Virus record (IMG/VR): IMGVR_UViG_3300017917_002814
Span: 1-64,000 of that record
Strand: one strand, 5' to 3'
Length of the DNA stretch: 64,000 nucleotides
From: a virus
Part shown: positions 1 through 9,376 of the stretch, in pieces
Layout of the letters: every line of letters starts with the position of its first letter
Numbering within the stretch: position 1 is the first letter of the stretch
Position numbers and translations under genes: made by a program
Notes under the pieces: model-generated
What the model saw: only the letters and a program-made list of their open reading frames with translations
Database searches by the model: none
Told to the model about the DNA's origin: nothing

Positions 1-340
1 ATCGGTCACTCTTTGCCCAGGGCGGGCAAAAAATATATGAGCTTCATCTGAGTAGCACAGTCACTAGTATTAGAGCATTACAGAGGCGGTTGTCCGGTAC
101 CTCGAGCTCCGTCTTTATACAACGGCGGTTTACACATAACATACTAGCGTAACATGTAAACGTGCAGTATCGCTACTGCGTCTTTTTAGCCTTTATGAAT
201 CCTGTTCAAACAATCAAATCGCGGCATTTGCGATCTTCATCCCGAAGGGTAGTGATTGAGTGCTCGCAGCAGCGGCGAGTCTTCCATCCCTGCGTATATT
301 TCAACCAGGTCCAGGGCACACGATGTTGGCCTGTGCCAGC
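1..340 (-). ncRNA. Candidate highly structured non-coding RNA downstream of the GIY-YIG gene (may extend beyond the window edge)
   Basis: Visibly GC-richer than its flanks, with no credible ORF. About 10 stems, e.g. 12-18/24-30, 83-86/100-103, 128-134/155-161, 164-169/174-179, 211-216/253-258, 218-222/230-234, 263-267/275-279, 288-292/312-316, 315-320/332-337. Read on the minus strand, it has a GCGA (GNRA) loop and a cUUCGg loop. Confidence 0.6.
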
Positions 341-775
341 CTAACTGCTTAGTTTACCTTTAATGTGGGAGCCATGGACACGGACTTGTATGTGTCCGTT
401 ATAATAATCATCTGATTCTAAGACTTGGTGTCGGAATTGTTCTCTTGCTTAAATATATGAACATTCTGCTTTTGTTTTACAGTAATAAAGTATTTCTCTA
501 GTAAAATTTTCTGGGCCTAATGCGTGTATGTCTTTTTTGAGTTCTTCGTTTGAGCCATAATACTGTTGCCAATCGCTGTCTATTTTGCTTCTGACCTTCT
601 TTTTCTTTTTGTTACCATTTTTGAGTTTAACTGTTTTTACTGTAGTTTTTGAAAATTTGGCTAATTTTTTTCCTATATATTTGCGTCCGGATACAGTATT
701 TGTTATCAAATACACAAATCCCACACAATCTTCAGGAAGGGATTCCACAAGAGTGGATTCAAATAGCCATGACAT
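341..775 (-). pseudogene. Seg-like GIY-YIG endonuclease-family gene interrupted by an in-frame TAA at 449-451
   Basis: GFVYLITN...KYIGKK is a GIY-YIG motif, followed by YYGS and REIL. Beyond the TAA the frame continues AREQFRHQVLESDDYYNGHIQVRVHGSHIKGKLSS to a TAG at 341-343. Confidence 0.7.
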
Positions 776-786
776 ACAGCATATAA

Positions 787-1371
787 TTATGCCTTGTACT
801 CCAGATTACAATAAAATGTTATTTCTTCTATGCAAGTGTTTGAATTCAAACTTTGAGCATATTTTATGAAATTTGATATATCTAGAAGATTAATTCCGTT
901 TCCTGTCCAACTTTCACGACTACGACTTAGTTCAGTATCTAATCGATCAATGGTTATCAGTGTAGTTTTGAATTGCACTTTGTTTGATTTAAAAGACGCG
1001 GTACATTGCTTTGAAGCATGTGCTAATGCGGCTTTTGCTACCCTATAAGTTTCAAAATTGGGTTCACAGGCCACAATGTGCTTTTCGCCTACACTGCCAA
1101 TATTAAAAATATATCCTGCTTTATTGTTTTTACTCCATAAATCATACACCGCATGCAAAACACGAACTTGCCCAAAATTGGCCCAGTCTTCTTGGGGAGG
1201 ACCATCGAACGCATTATTGATAAAGATATCATAATTTAAACTCATGTTGGCTATAGATATATCGTCTTTGGTTATGTCAAGATTATTGGATCGACTTATA
1301 CTTGTTCCGTCAAATGTTTTTACCAAATGCTTGCCTAATCCTCTGTTACCGCCTGTAACTAAAACTTTCAT
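787..1371 (-). CDS. Short-chain dehydrogenase/reductase (SDR)-family oxidoreductase
   Basis: MKVLVTGGNRGLG Rossmann motif, INNA, NIGS, YRVAK (YxxxK). Start moved to 1371, where an ATGA overlaps the upstream stop. Confidence 0.8.
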   Translation of the reverse strand: MKVLVTGGNRGLGKHLVKTFDGTSISRSNNLDITKDDISIANMSLNYDIFINNAFDGPPQEDWANFGQVRVLHAVYDLWSKNNKAGYIFNIGSVGEKHIVACEPNFETYRVAKAALAHASKQCTASFKSNKVQFKTTLITIDRLDTELSRSRESWTGNGINLLDISNFIKYAQSLNSNTCIEEITFYCNLEYKA

Positions 1372-2483
1372 CTCTTGCTGCCTCCTTGATCCCATACCTT
1401 GGTAAATTTTTCTCCGCAGGTCATAGCGCACTCCATAAGCTTTTCTTTACCGCTCCAACGCTCAACTAATTCTTTCCAAAAACTAGAACGAAAAACATTG
1501 TCAAGATTGTTTATGTTTATATCTAGTTCGCTTTTATATCTGTTGATAAACTCCACTATTTGATTTTGTCCGTTATAAAAATGGGCTTCGTTGGCGCCTG
1601 GCATGTATGTTGGACTAACAAATCTAGCATCATACATGTTGTGTTCAAAAAAGTTACATGGCAATACTAATCCTTCGGCAGTGATTGTGACTTTACTTCC
1701 AAGCAAGGCATCACATTTGATTTCTGTTTGATTTAAGTAATGCCTAAAACCACCATGAATTTTTTTAATAACATTTATTTTATGTACACTGGGATTGCAC
1801 CATTCCTGATTCACTGGTTCCTCTAAAACATATTCTGTGTTGCCGTGCTTATCTAGTACAGGCCAATTTGGGTAGGCACATTCGTCGGCATGATTATAAA
1901 ATCTTCCAGTTTTCCTAGGTAAGAAATTATAGAAACCATAGTCTTTGCTCAGTTGTCTTGCCTGTTCAATTTGATGTTCGTTGTGTTTAAAAACAATGTA
2001 ATTCCATTGTGCTCTGCCCCCAGCAGCAATGAACGCACGAGCATTACGTATAGCAATTTCGAATTTTACATTACGTCTGTATAAATGTAGAGTGTCGTCT
2101 AACCCGTCAAAACCAAAATCAATTTGACCGTACCCATTCATTATAGTTGCAATTTCTTGCCAATAGTCTACATCATGAACACCGCCATTGGTATGTATGT
2201 ATAACCACAAGGTGGGATTTTTATTACGAAAATCCTGTAATATATCCAAAAAATCTGGATGCATTATTGGGTCACCGTAACTGCCACAGAAAAATATTTG
2301 TTTGAGCTGTCTGCAATGATCAACACTAAAACACGCATCGATTACTTCACGATCCAGGTGCAATAATGGCATATAAGGATTTATTCTACTACCTTGAATG
2401 TTTCTAGGGCACTGAGGACAAGCAGCATTACAATAGGTTGTAATTTCCAACTGATATTCAGTGATGGTTTTAAAATTAAACAA
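1368..2483 (-). CDS. Radical SAM protein with C-terminal SPASM/twitch-like cysteines
   Basis: CNAACPQC (CX3CX2C), GSYGDP, HTNG; C-terminal KC...LPC...ECAMTC. TTG start overlaps the gp46 stop. Confidence 0.85.
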   Translation of the reverse strand: MFNFKTITEYQLEITTYCNAACPQCPRNIQGSRINPYMPLLHLDREVIDACFSVDHCRQLKQIFFCGSYGDPIMHPDFLDILQDFRNKNPTLWLYIHTNGGVHDVDYWQEIATIMNGYGQIDFGFDGLDDTLHLYRRNVKFEIAIRNARAFIAAGGRAQWNYIVFKHNEHQIEQARQLSKDYGFYNFLPRKTGRFYNHADECAYPNWPVLDKHGNTEYVLEEPVNQEWCNPSVHKINVIKKIHGGFRHYLNQTEIKCDALLGSKVTITAEGLVLPCNFFEHNMYDARFVSPTYMPGANEAHFYNGQNQIVEFINRYKSELDININNLDNVFRSSFWKELVERWSGKEKLMECAMTCGEKFTKVWDQGGSKR

Positions 2484-4245
2484 TTTCTACATCCGTGTTG
2501 TAACTTGTGAATCCGTTCTCTTTGACTACACTCAGCACATTGTTTACACGCCCTGCTAGTTCGTCTTTGTGACTGACTAACCACACCGATCTGTTACCTT
2601 CTCTGGACATTTTCTTTAAGATTGCTAGACTATTTTCTACGCCTGAGCTGTCCATGCCAGTGTCAATTACCTCGTCAATGAACAACAAGTTGATGGGCTG
2701 ATAAAGACTTTCCCATACATCACGAAAAGCCCAACTTAGGCTTAAAATAAGTCTGTTTCTCTCGCCCCTACTCAAGTTATCAAAATCTAGTTCTCTACCT
2801 AGTTCTTCGATACTGACAGTAAGATCGTTTTGAAATTTAACAGTGTGTGGAAGGCCAATACGGTCTAGGTATTGACTAAGTCTAGCATTCAAGTACGACA
2901 AGTTTTGATCAATAATACGTTTACGTATAAAACTGTCTTTATTGGTCAGTAGTTTGAGTAAAAATTCTTGATGTTCTTTAACATTTGCAAGCTCGTTTAT
3001 CAAATCATAGTCAATTTCTTCAAGAGCTTGAGTCTCCATTTCGCGAATTTGTTCTTCATAGGGATCTAGTTCCGCTTGCTTGGTTGCCAGCTGCTGTCTT
3101 AAATTGGCCACAGTGTTTTTGTGATTGATAGCATCCTCTTTGTTGTCATAAAACACTCGTGGTGCGGTACTGACTGTACCCAATAAGTTTAATGCATCAA
3201 TGTGCGACATCAATTGTTCGTCATTGGCAAGATACTGTAAAGAAGTTTCTTTTAATGTATTACGTTTTTCTTCCAGCACTTCTTGGTGTTTTAAATCATG
3301 TATTGGTTGCCCGCATGCATAACATTCATGTTTTTCAAGTTTGTCAATTTCAGACTTGAGTTTGTCTAGTTGTTTTAACAAGCGTACTTGATCTGTTTCA
3401 CAGGCCACTCGCCAGCGAGATATTTCTCTTATTTTGTTTGTTTTTTCGTTGTACTCATCAAGTAGGTTATGATTGCGCAATTCCTGCTCAATATCTAAAT
3501 CGCCCACCACTTCCAATGCCTTTTCAAGTTCCACTAACTCGTTTGCCTGTTTGTTCCGCCACAAATTTTGTCTACGCCGTGTAGCTTCAATCTGTTCTTG
3601 AATACGACCATTAGCATCAGTGACAGCTTTGATACGATATTCTTCTTGAGTAATAGCGTCTTTAGTTGCTTTGAGCTGTTCTTTTAATGCATCTGCTTTT
3701 TCACTGAGCATGGTTATACCAAGCAGTTGTTCAATGATAGTTCTTTGGTCATTGGCCTTTAAAGCAAGAAACGGTTCAGTATAAGTGTTCAAGGCCACAA
3801 TGTGTTTGAACATGTCATGACTCATACCCAACATACGCTCAATTTCTGCTTGTGTTTCTCTACTATCACCTTGGCTTTCATCAGTGATTTGTTGTTCCTG
3901 TCCGCCTACATAGAATGCCATTGTGTTGGGCTTGCGACCACGCTCAATCTTGTAATCTGTACCATCTTTTTCAAACTCAATTGTGACCAACATATTCTTA
4001 CCATTTGTTTTATTGATAAGATTGTCTTTTTTGATATTGGTCAAAGCGGCGCCGTACAGCGCATAGCTTAGTGCATTGATAATTGTTGTTTTGCCCGTAC
4101 CATTTCTAGCACCAGTGTCATCACCGCCTAGGTCTAAGTTTTGTCCAAGAACAAGAGTAAGATCTCTACGATCAAATTGAACAGCCTGGGTAGCATTACC
4201 CACGCTCATGAAATTTTTTACAGAAAGGGTTTTTATTTTGAACAT
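2476..4245 (-). CDS. gp46: Rad50/SbcC-like recombination endonuclease subunit (T4 gp46-like)
   Basis: Walker A GARNGTGKT, coiled coil with CYACG zinc hook, LSRGE signature, LLFIDE Walker B, VSH H-loop. Confidence 0.92.
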   Translation of the reverse strand: MFKIKTLSVKNFMSVGNATQAVQFDRRDLTLVLGQNLDLGGDDTGARNGTGKTTIINALSYALYGAALTNIKKDNLINKTNGKNMLVTIEFEKDGTDYKIERGRKPNTMAFYVGGQEQQITDESQGDSRETQAEIERMLGMSHDMFKHIVALNTYTEPFLALKANDQRTIIEQLLGITMLSEKADALKEQLKATKDAITQEEYRIKAVTDANGRIQEQIEATRRRQNLWRNKQANELVELEKALEVVGDLDIEQELRNHNLLDEYNEKTNKIREISRWRVACETDQVRLLKQLDKLKSEIDKLEKHECYACGQPIHDLKHQEVLEEKRNTLKETSLQYLANDEQLMSHIDALNLLGTVSTAPRVFYDNKEDAINHKNTVANLRQQLATKQAELDPYEEQIREMETQALEEIDYDLINELANVKEHQEFLLKLLTNKDSFIRKRIIDQNLSYLNARLSQYLDRIGLPHTVKFQNDLTVSIEELGRELDFDNLSRGERNRLILSLSWAFRDVWESLYQPINLLFIDEVIDTGMDSSGVENSLAILKKMSREGNRSVWLVSHKDELAGRVNNVLSVVKENGFTSYNTDVEIV

Positions 4246-4252
4246 TTACAGT

Positions 4253-4261
4253 ATTATAACA
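4253..4261 (-). promoter_or_regulatory. Extended -10 sigma70-type promoter (TGnTATAAT), 7 nt before the gp46 ATG
   Basis: Minus strand reads TGtTATAATactgtaaATG, with no Shine-Dalgarno sequence. Confidence 0.55.
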
Positions 4262-5405
4262 TAGAATATAAATTAGGAAATATGTTTTGACTATCTAGTT
4301 TGCGTCTTTGATCAATTTCGCGGAGAAATTTAAAGAGGCTAGCAAAATCTTTTTCAAAGCTTTGATTCAAAAAATTAAACATTAGATTCATTGAGTTGTG
4401 CAAAGAGTAATCAGAATTATAATGATTCAGCTTGTTTTGCAAAATAGTTTTGATATGTTGAATTTTATATTCTGGCAAATGTAATATGTGTAATTCTCTA
4501 GGAAATTCCAAAGGATTTACAATAAAAGTGTTTTCGTGAAATCCCATATCTAAAAGCAAATCAATACAGTTAAATATGGACTCATGATTTAAAATACACC
4601 ATACTAAGTTGAAATTTATAGTTTTAAATTCACGAGACAGTTGTTTTAGGTTATTCAAAAACTCATTCCAATTTCCTCCATATCGTAAATATTCAAATTC
4701 TTTACCAATGTTGTCAACACTAACAGTCCAGTGTACGTTTTTAAATTTCTTCAGCAGTTTATAAATGGTGTTATCAATTATGCTCAAATTTGTGTTTATT
4801 CTAATTTCTATATCTGGATTTATAGCATACAGTTTGTTTAGTAAATCTATATTCTCTTTGATTAGCAAAGGTTCACCACCAGCAAGATAAACATGCTCAA
4901 TTTGATGTAAATTTGAATCAATGTATGCCAACGATTTATCTAAAGAATCTTTATTTATTGTTTGTGAAATGTTTAATTCAGCAGCCCATTGGCTGCTTAA
5001 ATCAGGACCACAATACACGCAAGCAAAATTACAAGTGTTTCGCCACCGCAAATCTAGTATTTTTAATTTATGACTTTCAGGATTGCTGTATAGTTCTAGA
5101 TTATTTTTACTACTTATTTTAATATACCAGACTCGATTACTGGTTTGATTGAAATGATTTTTTTGATTTGATTCTAAATGGTGACAAACAGAGCAACGAT
5201 TATGTTTAACACTCATTAGCATATCTTTTTTAATATTGATATTAGTAGTGTTATGTAAAATATTTTTCAACGACTCGTGGTTGACATTTCCAAGCGGCTG
5301 CGATGTTATAGCACAATTTCTAACTTCGCCGTCGGGTTGTATATAAACTCCAATCCATGGCAACACGCAAAATGCCTTGTTGGTTAAAAAATCTTTTGGA
5401 GTCAT
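4254..5405 (-). CDS. Radical SAM protein with N-terminal twitch/SPASM-like domain
   Basis: N-terminal FCVLPW...NC...RCSVC; core CNFACVYC; AGGEP; NTN. Confidence 0.85.
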   Translation of the reverse strand: MTPKDFLTNKAFCVLPWIGVYIQPDGEVRNCAITSQPLGNVNHESLKNILHNTTNINIKKDMLMSVKHNRCSVCHHLESNQKNHFNQTSNRVWYIKISSKNNLELYSNPESHKLKILDLRWRNTCNFACVYCGPDLSSQWAAELNISQTINKDSLDKSLAYIDSNLHQIEHVYLAGGEPLLIKENIDLLNKLYAINPDIEIRINTNLSIIDNTIYKLLKKFKNVHWTVSVDNIGKEFEYLRYGGNWNEFLNNLKQLSREFKTINFNLVWCILNHESIFNCIDLLLDMGFHENTFIVNPLEFPRELHILHLPEYKIQHIKTILQNKLNHYNSDYSLHNSMNLMFNFLNQSFEKDFASLFKFLREIDQRRKLDSQNIFPNLYSML

Positions 5406-5857
5406 ATCAACAATATATCTAACTGTTGTTGGGCATATTCATCGGTATCTAATAAATGACTGGGATTGAGCAAAATCAACTTGCAACTAGAAATTTTAGA
5501 CAACGTCTGATGTGCGTGTGCCAGTGCTATTTTTTGTGTAATATATTCTAATAGAAAAGTGTCTGTCCATTCAGGCGGACTAGTTATAACCTGACTTCCT
5601 ATACTGATAATATTTTTGCATGACTGCTGTCTAACCAATCTATATAAAATTTGAGCTTGAGCATAATCAGGTTTAGCATTGTTTATAAAAAAATCAAAGC
5701 CTTGAACTGCATCTAACATACGTCCTACTTGAGTGTAATCTCTAAGATCATAACCATTTGATCTACTGAAACCATAAACACTATGCCCACGCTCAATGCT
5801 TGCATTATAAAAACTTTTGCCTAATCCTGAGGTGTGACCTGTTACTGCGATTTTCAT
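5402..5857 (-). CDS. Short SDR-like Rossmann-fold protein
   Basis: MKIAVTGHTSGLG, SRSNGYD, FINNA, YITQK (YxxxK). Similar to the 787-1371 protein. Confidence 0.7.
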   Translation of the reverse strand: MKIAVTGHTSGLGKSFYNASIERGHSVYGFSRSNGYDLRDYTQVGRMLDAVQGFDFFINNAKPDYAQAQILYRLVRQQSCKNIISIGSQVITSPPEWTDTFLLEYITQKIALAHAHQTLSKISSCKLILLNPSHLLDTDEYAQQQLDILLI

Positions 5858-6873
5858 AGATTTCTATAAATGTCTAATAATAGATTTTTATTATATTGTT
5901 CGCTTTGAATATTTGTCAGTTGATTGGTAACAATCGTATCCACACTTTCAAACATGATGTTTCCGGTAATGTCGTAATTTATGTCTTCGCTAACAGTTTT
6001 TTGCGGAATAAGTGTTATTTCTCTAAGATTGTAAGTGTTTACAAAAGTTTCTTTTATAAATGTTGCTTCTTCGTAACTGATGTCAACGTCTAGATTCACA
6101 CGCACATGCATTCCTCGATTTAGTAAGGCATCAGTATTTTGTAACACGTCGCTCAATTGATACACACGATATCTAGGCTGATCAGGCCAGGCATGATACT
6201 CAGGCTCTGCACCCCATTCTAGCACCATCATACCACGCTCATCATCATGATTGTCTGCATAGTTGTGCGGAAAACAGTTGCCAATATAAGTGATATTCTT
6301 TTGTGTTTGACGTTTGTGAAAATGCCCAGTGAACACATGTTCAATACCAGTAAAGTCCTCGCGTTTAACATCACCATGATCTGGCATTTGCACCATGGCA
6401 TTCATGTAGAATGTAGGCAGTTCAAAATGCCCAAACATATACTTGGCTGACAGTTTAGGAATGCGTTTGTAATCATCGCCTACCAACCAAGGGGCCACAA
6501 TAACATCACCGCTGTGTAACCAATCATTACAAATGACCACATTCGGTAAGTGTCGAGCCCACTCAACGCTTTGAACATCCCTTTTGTCTCTATAATATAA
6601 ATCATGATTGCCAGGAATGAAATACACACGATCGAAGTTGTCATTGAGATGTTCCAACGCACGGAGACTATAGTTAAGAGTGACAATATTGATACTAGCA
6701 CGATTGTTATGCCAATCTCCAAGAAAAAACGCTGTTTCACATCCTTCCTCCTTTGCCTTTTGCGTAAACCATTTGATAAAATTCAAGCAATCGTCGTTGT
6801 GAGTTTGACTGTTGCTTTTTAATCCAAAGTGTATATCTGTGCAGACTGCTGCTTTTTTAAATAAATTAGACAT
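5854..6873 (-). CDS. gp47: Mre11/SbcD-like nuclease subunit (T4 gp47-like)
   Basis: Metallophosphoesterase motifs TDIHFG, LGDWH, GNHD, GHFE, GHFH; located next to gp46. Confidence 0.92.
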   Translation of the reverse strand: MSNLFKKAAVCTDIHFGLKSNSQTHNDDCLNFIKWFTQKAKEEGCETAFFLGDWHNNRASINIVTLNYSLRALEHLNDNFDRVYFIPGNHDLYYRDKRDVQSVEWARHLPNVVICNDWLHSGDVIVAPWLVGDDYKRIPKLSAKYMFGHFELPTFYMNAMVQMPDHGDVKREDFTGIEHVFTGHFHKRQTQKNITYIGNCFPHNYADNHDDERGMMVLEWGAEPEYHAWPDQPRYRVYQLSDVLQNTDALLNRGMHVRVNLDVDISYEEATFIKETFVNTYNLREITLIPQKTVSEDINYDITGNIMFESVDTIVTNQLTNIQSEQYNKNLLLDIYRNL

Positions 6874-6879
6874 TCAGTT

Positions 6880-6909
6880 ATTGTACAATCTTATACCAAC
6901 ACAAATCAA
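6880..6909 (-). promoter_or_regulatory. Sigma70-type promoter TTGATT-N18-TACAAT, 6 nt before the gp47 ATG
   Basis: Minus strand reads TTGATT tgtgttggtataagattg TACAAT aactga ATG. Confidence 0.5.
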
Positions 6910-8417
6910 CCTGACATCGCATCAAAAATTTCTTTATGATATGCGGCAAAATTTTGCGAACGTCGACTGTCTAGTTTTTTGGTATAAGCTAAAAAATCTT
7001 GTCCGCTTACTGGTAAAGTTTGTTGAACTCTATGGGCTATTGCTCGTAGTTCTGTATTTTTATGATCTGAATACTTGGATACTACCTTGGCTTTAGTTTG
7101 TTCAGTTATAAAATCAATACACAAAAATTTTGGGTTCTCTAGGTATGTCCATAATATAGTCAAATTTCTTGATTCACAAAAAGAAACCAGTTCGTCCAAG
7201 TAAAGCAAGTTTTGTATGTTGACTGTTACAGCTATTTGTATATCAAAACTGTCAGATTTACGTTTAAGATATAAATCTAAATTCTTACATACTTTGTCCC
7301 AACTGCCTCCGCGCTGAATTTTAAATCTATCACCTATATCGTCGATACTGATTGACACTGTTACTTTGTTAAAATTATCTAATAGAGAAAATATTTTGTT
7401 TGGAAAAATACTTCCGTTGGTGTGAAACATAAAATGAATTTTTTTTGAGTACTCTAATTTAACAAGTTCTTCGAGAAGTATAGGAAGGTTTTTCCATAAC
7501 AAAGGTTCTCCACCTAACAATTGGTACATTCTTGTATTTTGGAACGTTTTGGGTACATTATTTAGAATTATTTCTTCTGCTGAAGCATAATGATTTTTAA
7601 TTTTTAAAATTAAATTTTTAGTATCAGCATCGTTGTTATGCAAGAGTTCTTCGGCTGCAATTTTAGAACTAGCATAAGGTTCACAAATTCTACAGGAAAA
7701 ATTGCACGTATTTGAAAGAATGTGCGATATACTTTTATTTTCTGGTTGATCAACTAATCTGTAGTTAAGTTCTTGGTCTAATAGGGTTAAACCGTGTGTT
7801 CTCAGACTGGTACATTGTTTTTCTTCGGTTTCCCAACATATGGAACATTCTGGAATTTTTTCTCCATTCAACATGCGATTTCTAATGCTCTGCATAGCAT
7901 CGCCAAAAAATATTTCTTCTGTGGTGTTTTTAGTTAGATCTCCTACCCCCTCGGGCAAATTAAATTTACAACATGGTAATACAGTTGATCCTGAAATATA
8001 CAATTGATAAAATGGATATGCGCACAAGGTATTGTAGTCCTTGGCAATATTAAACGTGTCAATTTTCTTAGTATTTTTAATTTTTACTACATTATACCCT
8101 ATACACACTTCATCGTTGCTAAAATTGTGATTAGCTATTTTTAATTTTTCTTTTAAGTCGTAAGGTGTAACTAGTAAGATAAAATAATTACCAATATCAA
8201 CCAAGGTTGCAGCTTTTTGTATGTGATTTATTAGCTGTTGTTCTGGTTCAAATTCGCTATAAAATACAAATCTCTGATTACAATCAAATTCTGCGCTGTA
8301 ATGTTGTTGAAACAAATTATACACTGCACCATGCAAAGTTTTGATATCTGCAAGGTCAACAAAACATAACAAGTTATATTTAGATTTTAAAGCGTATTTT
8401 AATTGATCTGCAGTCAT
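6906..8417 (-). CDS. Radical SAM protein with N-terminal extension and twitch/SPASM-like domain
   Basis: LCAYPF...PCC...ECSICWETE; core CNFSCRIC; LGGEP; HTNG. Confidence 0.85.
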   Translation of the reverse strand: MTADQLKYALKSKYNLLCFVDLADIKTLHGAVYNLFQQHYSAEFDCNQRFVFYSEFEPEQQLINHIQKAATLVDIGNYFILLVTPYDLKEKLKIANHNFSNDEVCIGYNVVKIKNTKKIDTFNIAKDYNTLCAYPFYQLYISGSTVLPCCKFNLPEGVGDLTKNTTEEIFFGDAMQSIRNRMLNGEKIPECSICWETEEKQCTSLRTHGLTLLDQELNYRLVDQPENKSISHILSNTCNFSCRICEPYASSKIAAEELLHNNDADTKNLILKIKNHYASAEEIILNNVPKTFQNTRMYQLLGGEPLLWKNLPILLEELVKLEYSKKIHFMFHTNGSIFPNKIFSLLDNFNKVTVSISIDDIGDRFKIQRGGSWDKVCKNLDLYLKRKSDSFDIQIAVTVNIQNLLYLDELVSFCESRNLTILWTYLENPKFLCIDFITEQTKAKVVSKYSDHKNTELRAIAHRVQQTLPVSGQDFLAYTKKLDSRRSQNFAAYHKEIFDAMSG

Positions 8418-8425
8418 TTAAACAA

Positions 8426-9313
8426 TCAATCATCACTGTAATCACCAGATTGCGGATTGCCGCCCCACGATCCCATACCTTGTCTGGTATAAGAAGGTGT
8501 TAGTCCGTTCATTTCAAGAATATCATCTCGAAGATTCTGGTTGCGTTTTTCAATGTTAAGGACTCGAGTAAAGGAATTAGTGATAGCAGCAGTATAATAA
8601 GCAAAAGGATTTTGTGATTTACTTTCATCAAATTGTAGTCCTATCTGAGATAATTGTAACAGTGCTTGGCTACGCATTTCGTCATTGTAAGTGTATCCGC
8701 GCCAGTTTGATCGTGTAGCATAACGCTCACACAACTTCATGAACATGTGCGCCAACGTTTTTGTCATTGTTCCGTGATCTTTACAGAATTCGCCTTTTTC
8801 CAAATCGCCTCGCCAATGACTTTTGCCAACACAGTAAACATTACCAGAATCGTCTATTCGATAATGCTGAAATGGTGGAAAGTTCACTTTGGTATATTTG
8901 GTTGCAGCAGGTGGTTCTAATCCGTCGTCGTATTCAGTAACTGGATCCTCCTCTTCGTCGATCACAACGGTAGTTTTGGCCTTTTTTGATTTAGTTAAAT
9001 CAACTGGCACATGCTCCCAGGTCATTATGCGAAAAACAATGTCGGTGGTGGCTATTTTGCCGGGTTTTATCGCAAAGTCGTCTAACTTTAGCTTGGTAGT
9101 ACTGACAGCTTGTGCAGCATCATACGCAGCTCGTCCTAGTCGTTCGGCTCGCAATTTACGACCTTCAGCAATGTTTTTCTTGTTGATTTTGTCAACGCTG
9201 GGCAAAATTATATCGTAATAGCCGTCTTCGGGCGTGGTAAACGAACAATAAGTTAGTTTGCTCTTATGGATTTCTTTAAGAATGTCTCTGTTGTTTAGGT
9301 AGTTGTGTTTCAT
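8426..9313 (-). CDS. gp55: Late-transcription sigma factor (T4 gp55-like)
   Basis: NYLNNRDIL N-terminus; NWRGYTYNDEM...FDESKSQNPFAYYT...F motif; lies upstream of gp47/gp46 as in T4-like phages. Confidence 0.85.
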   Translation of the reverse strand: MKHNYLNNRDILKEIHKSKLTYCSFTTPEDGYYDIILPSVDKINKKNIAEGRKLRAERLGRAAYDAAQAVSTTKLKLDDFAIKPGKIATTDIVFRIMTWEHVPVDLTKSKKAKTTVVIDEEEDPVTEYDDGLEPPAATKYTKVNFPPFQHYRIDDSGNVYCVGKSHWRGDLEKGEFCKDHGTMTKTLAHMFMKLCERYATRSNWRGYTYNDEMRSQALLQLSQIGLQFDESKSQNPFAYYTAAITNSFTRVLNIEKRNQNLRDDILEMNGLTPSYTRQGMGSWGGNPQSGDYSDD

Positions 9314-9346
9314 TCGTTTCCTTAAAATACACAGTTAATTTAGCAA

Positions 9347-9353
9347 ATAAATA
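9347..9353 (+). promoter_or_regulatory. T4-like late promoter motif (ATAAATA)
   Basis: Resembles the T4 late consensus TATAAATA and precedes the structural operon; GAGGA SD before ATG 9377. Confidence 0.6.
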
Positions 9354-9376
9354 ATAAAAAAGCAAGAGGAATCTAT

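Noticed and set aside
162-344. 60-aa plus-strand ORF
   Set aside because: GTG start without an SD, no recognisable motif, opposite to local gene direction, and it overlaps the structured element.
449-451. Stop-codon reassignment (TAA read as an amino acid)
   Set aside because: TAA ends many genes here, often coupled to the next start, and all other long ORFs are intact in the standard code.
1-775. Group I intron carrying a homing endonuclease
   Set aside because: I could not find the P7-forming R/S consensus elements or an interrupted host gene. This cannot be fully excluded because the element reaches the window edge.
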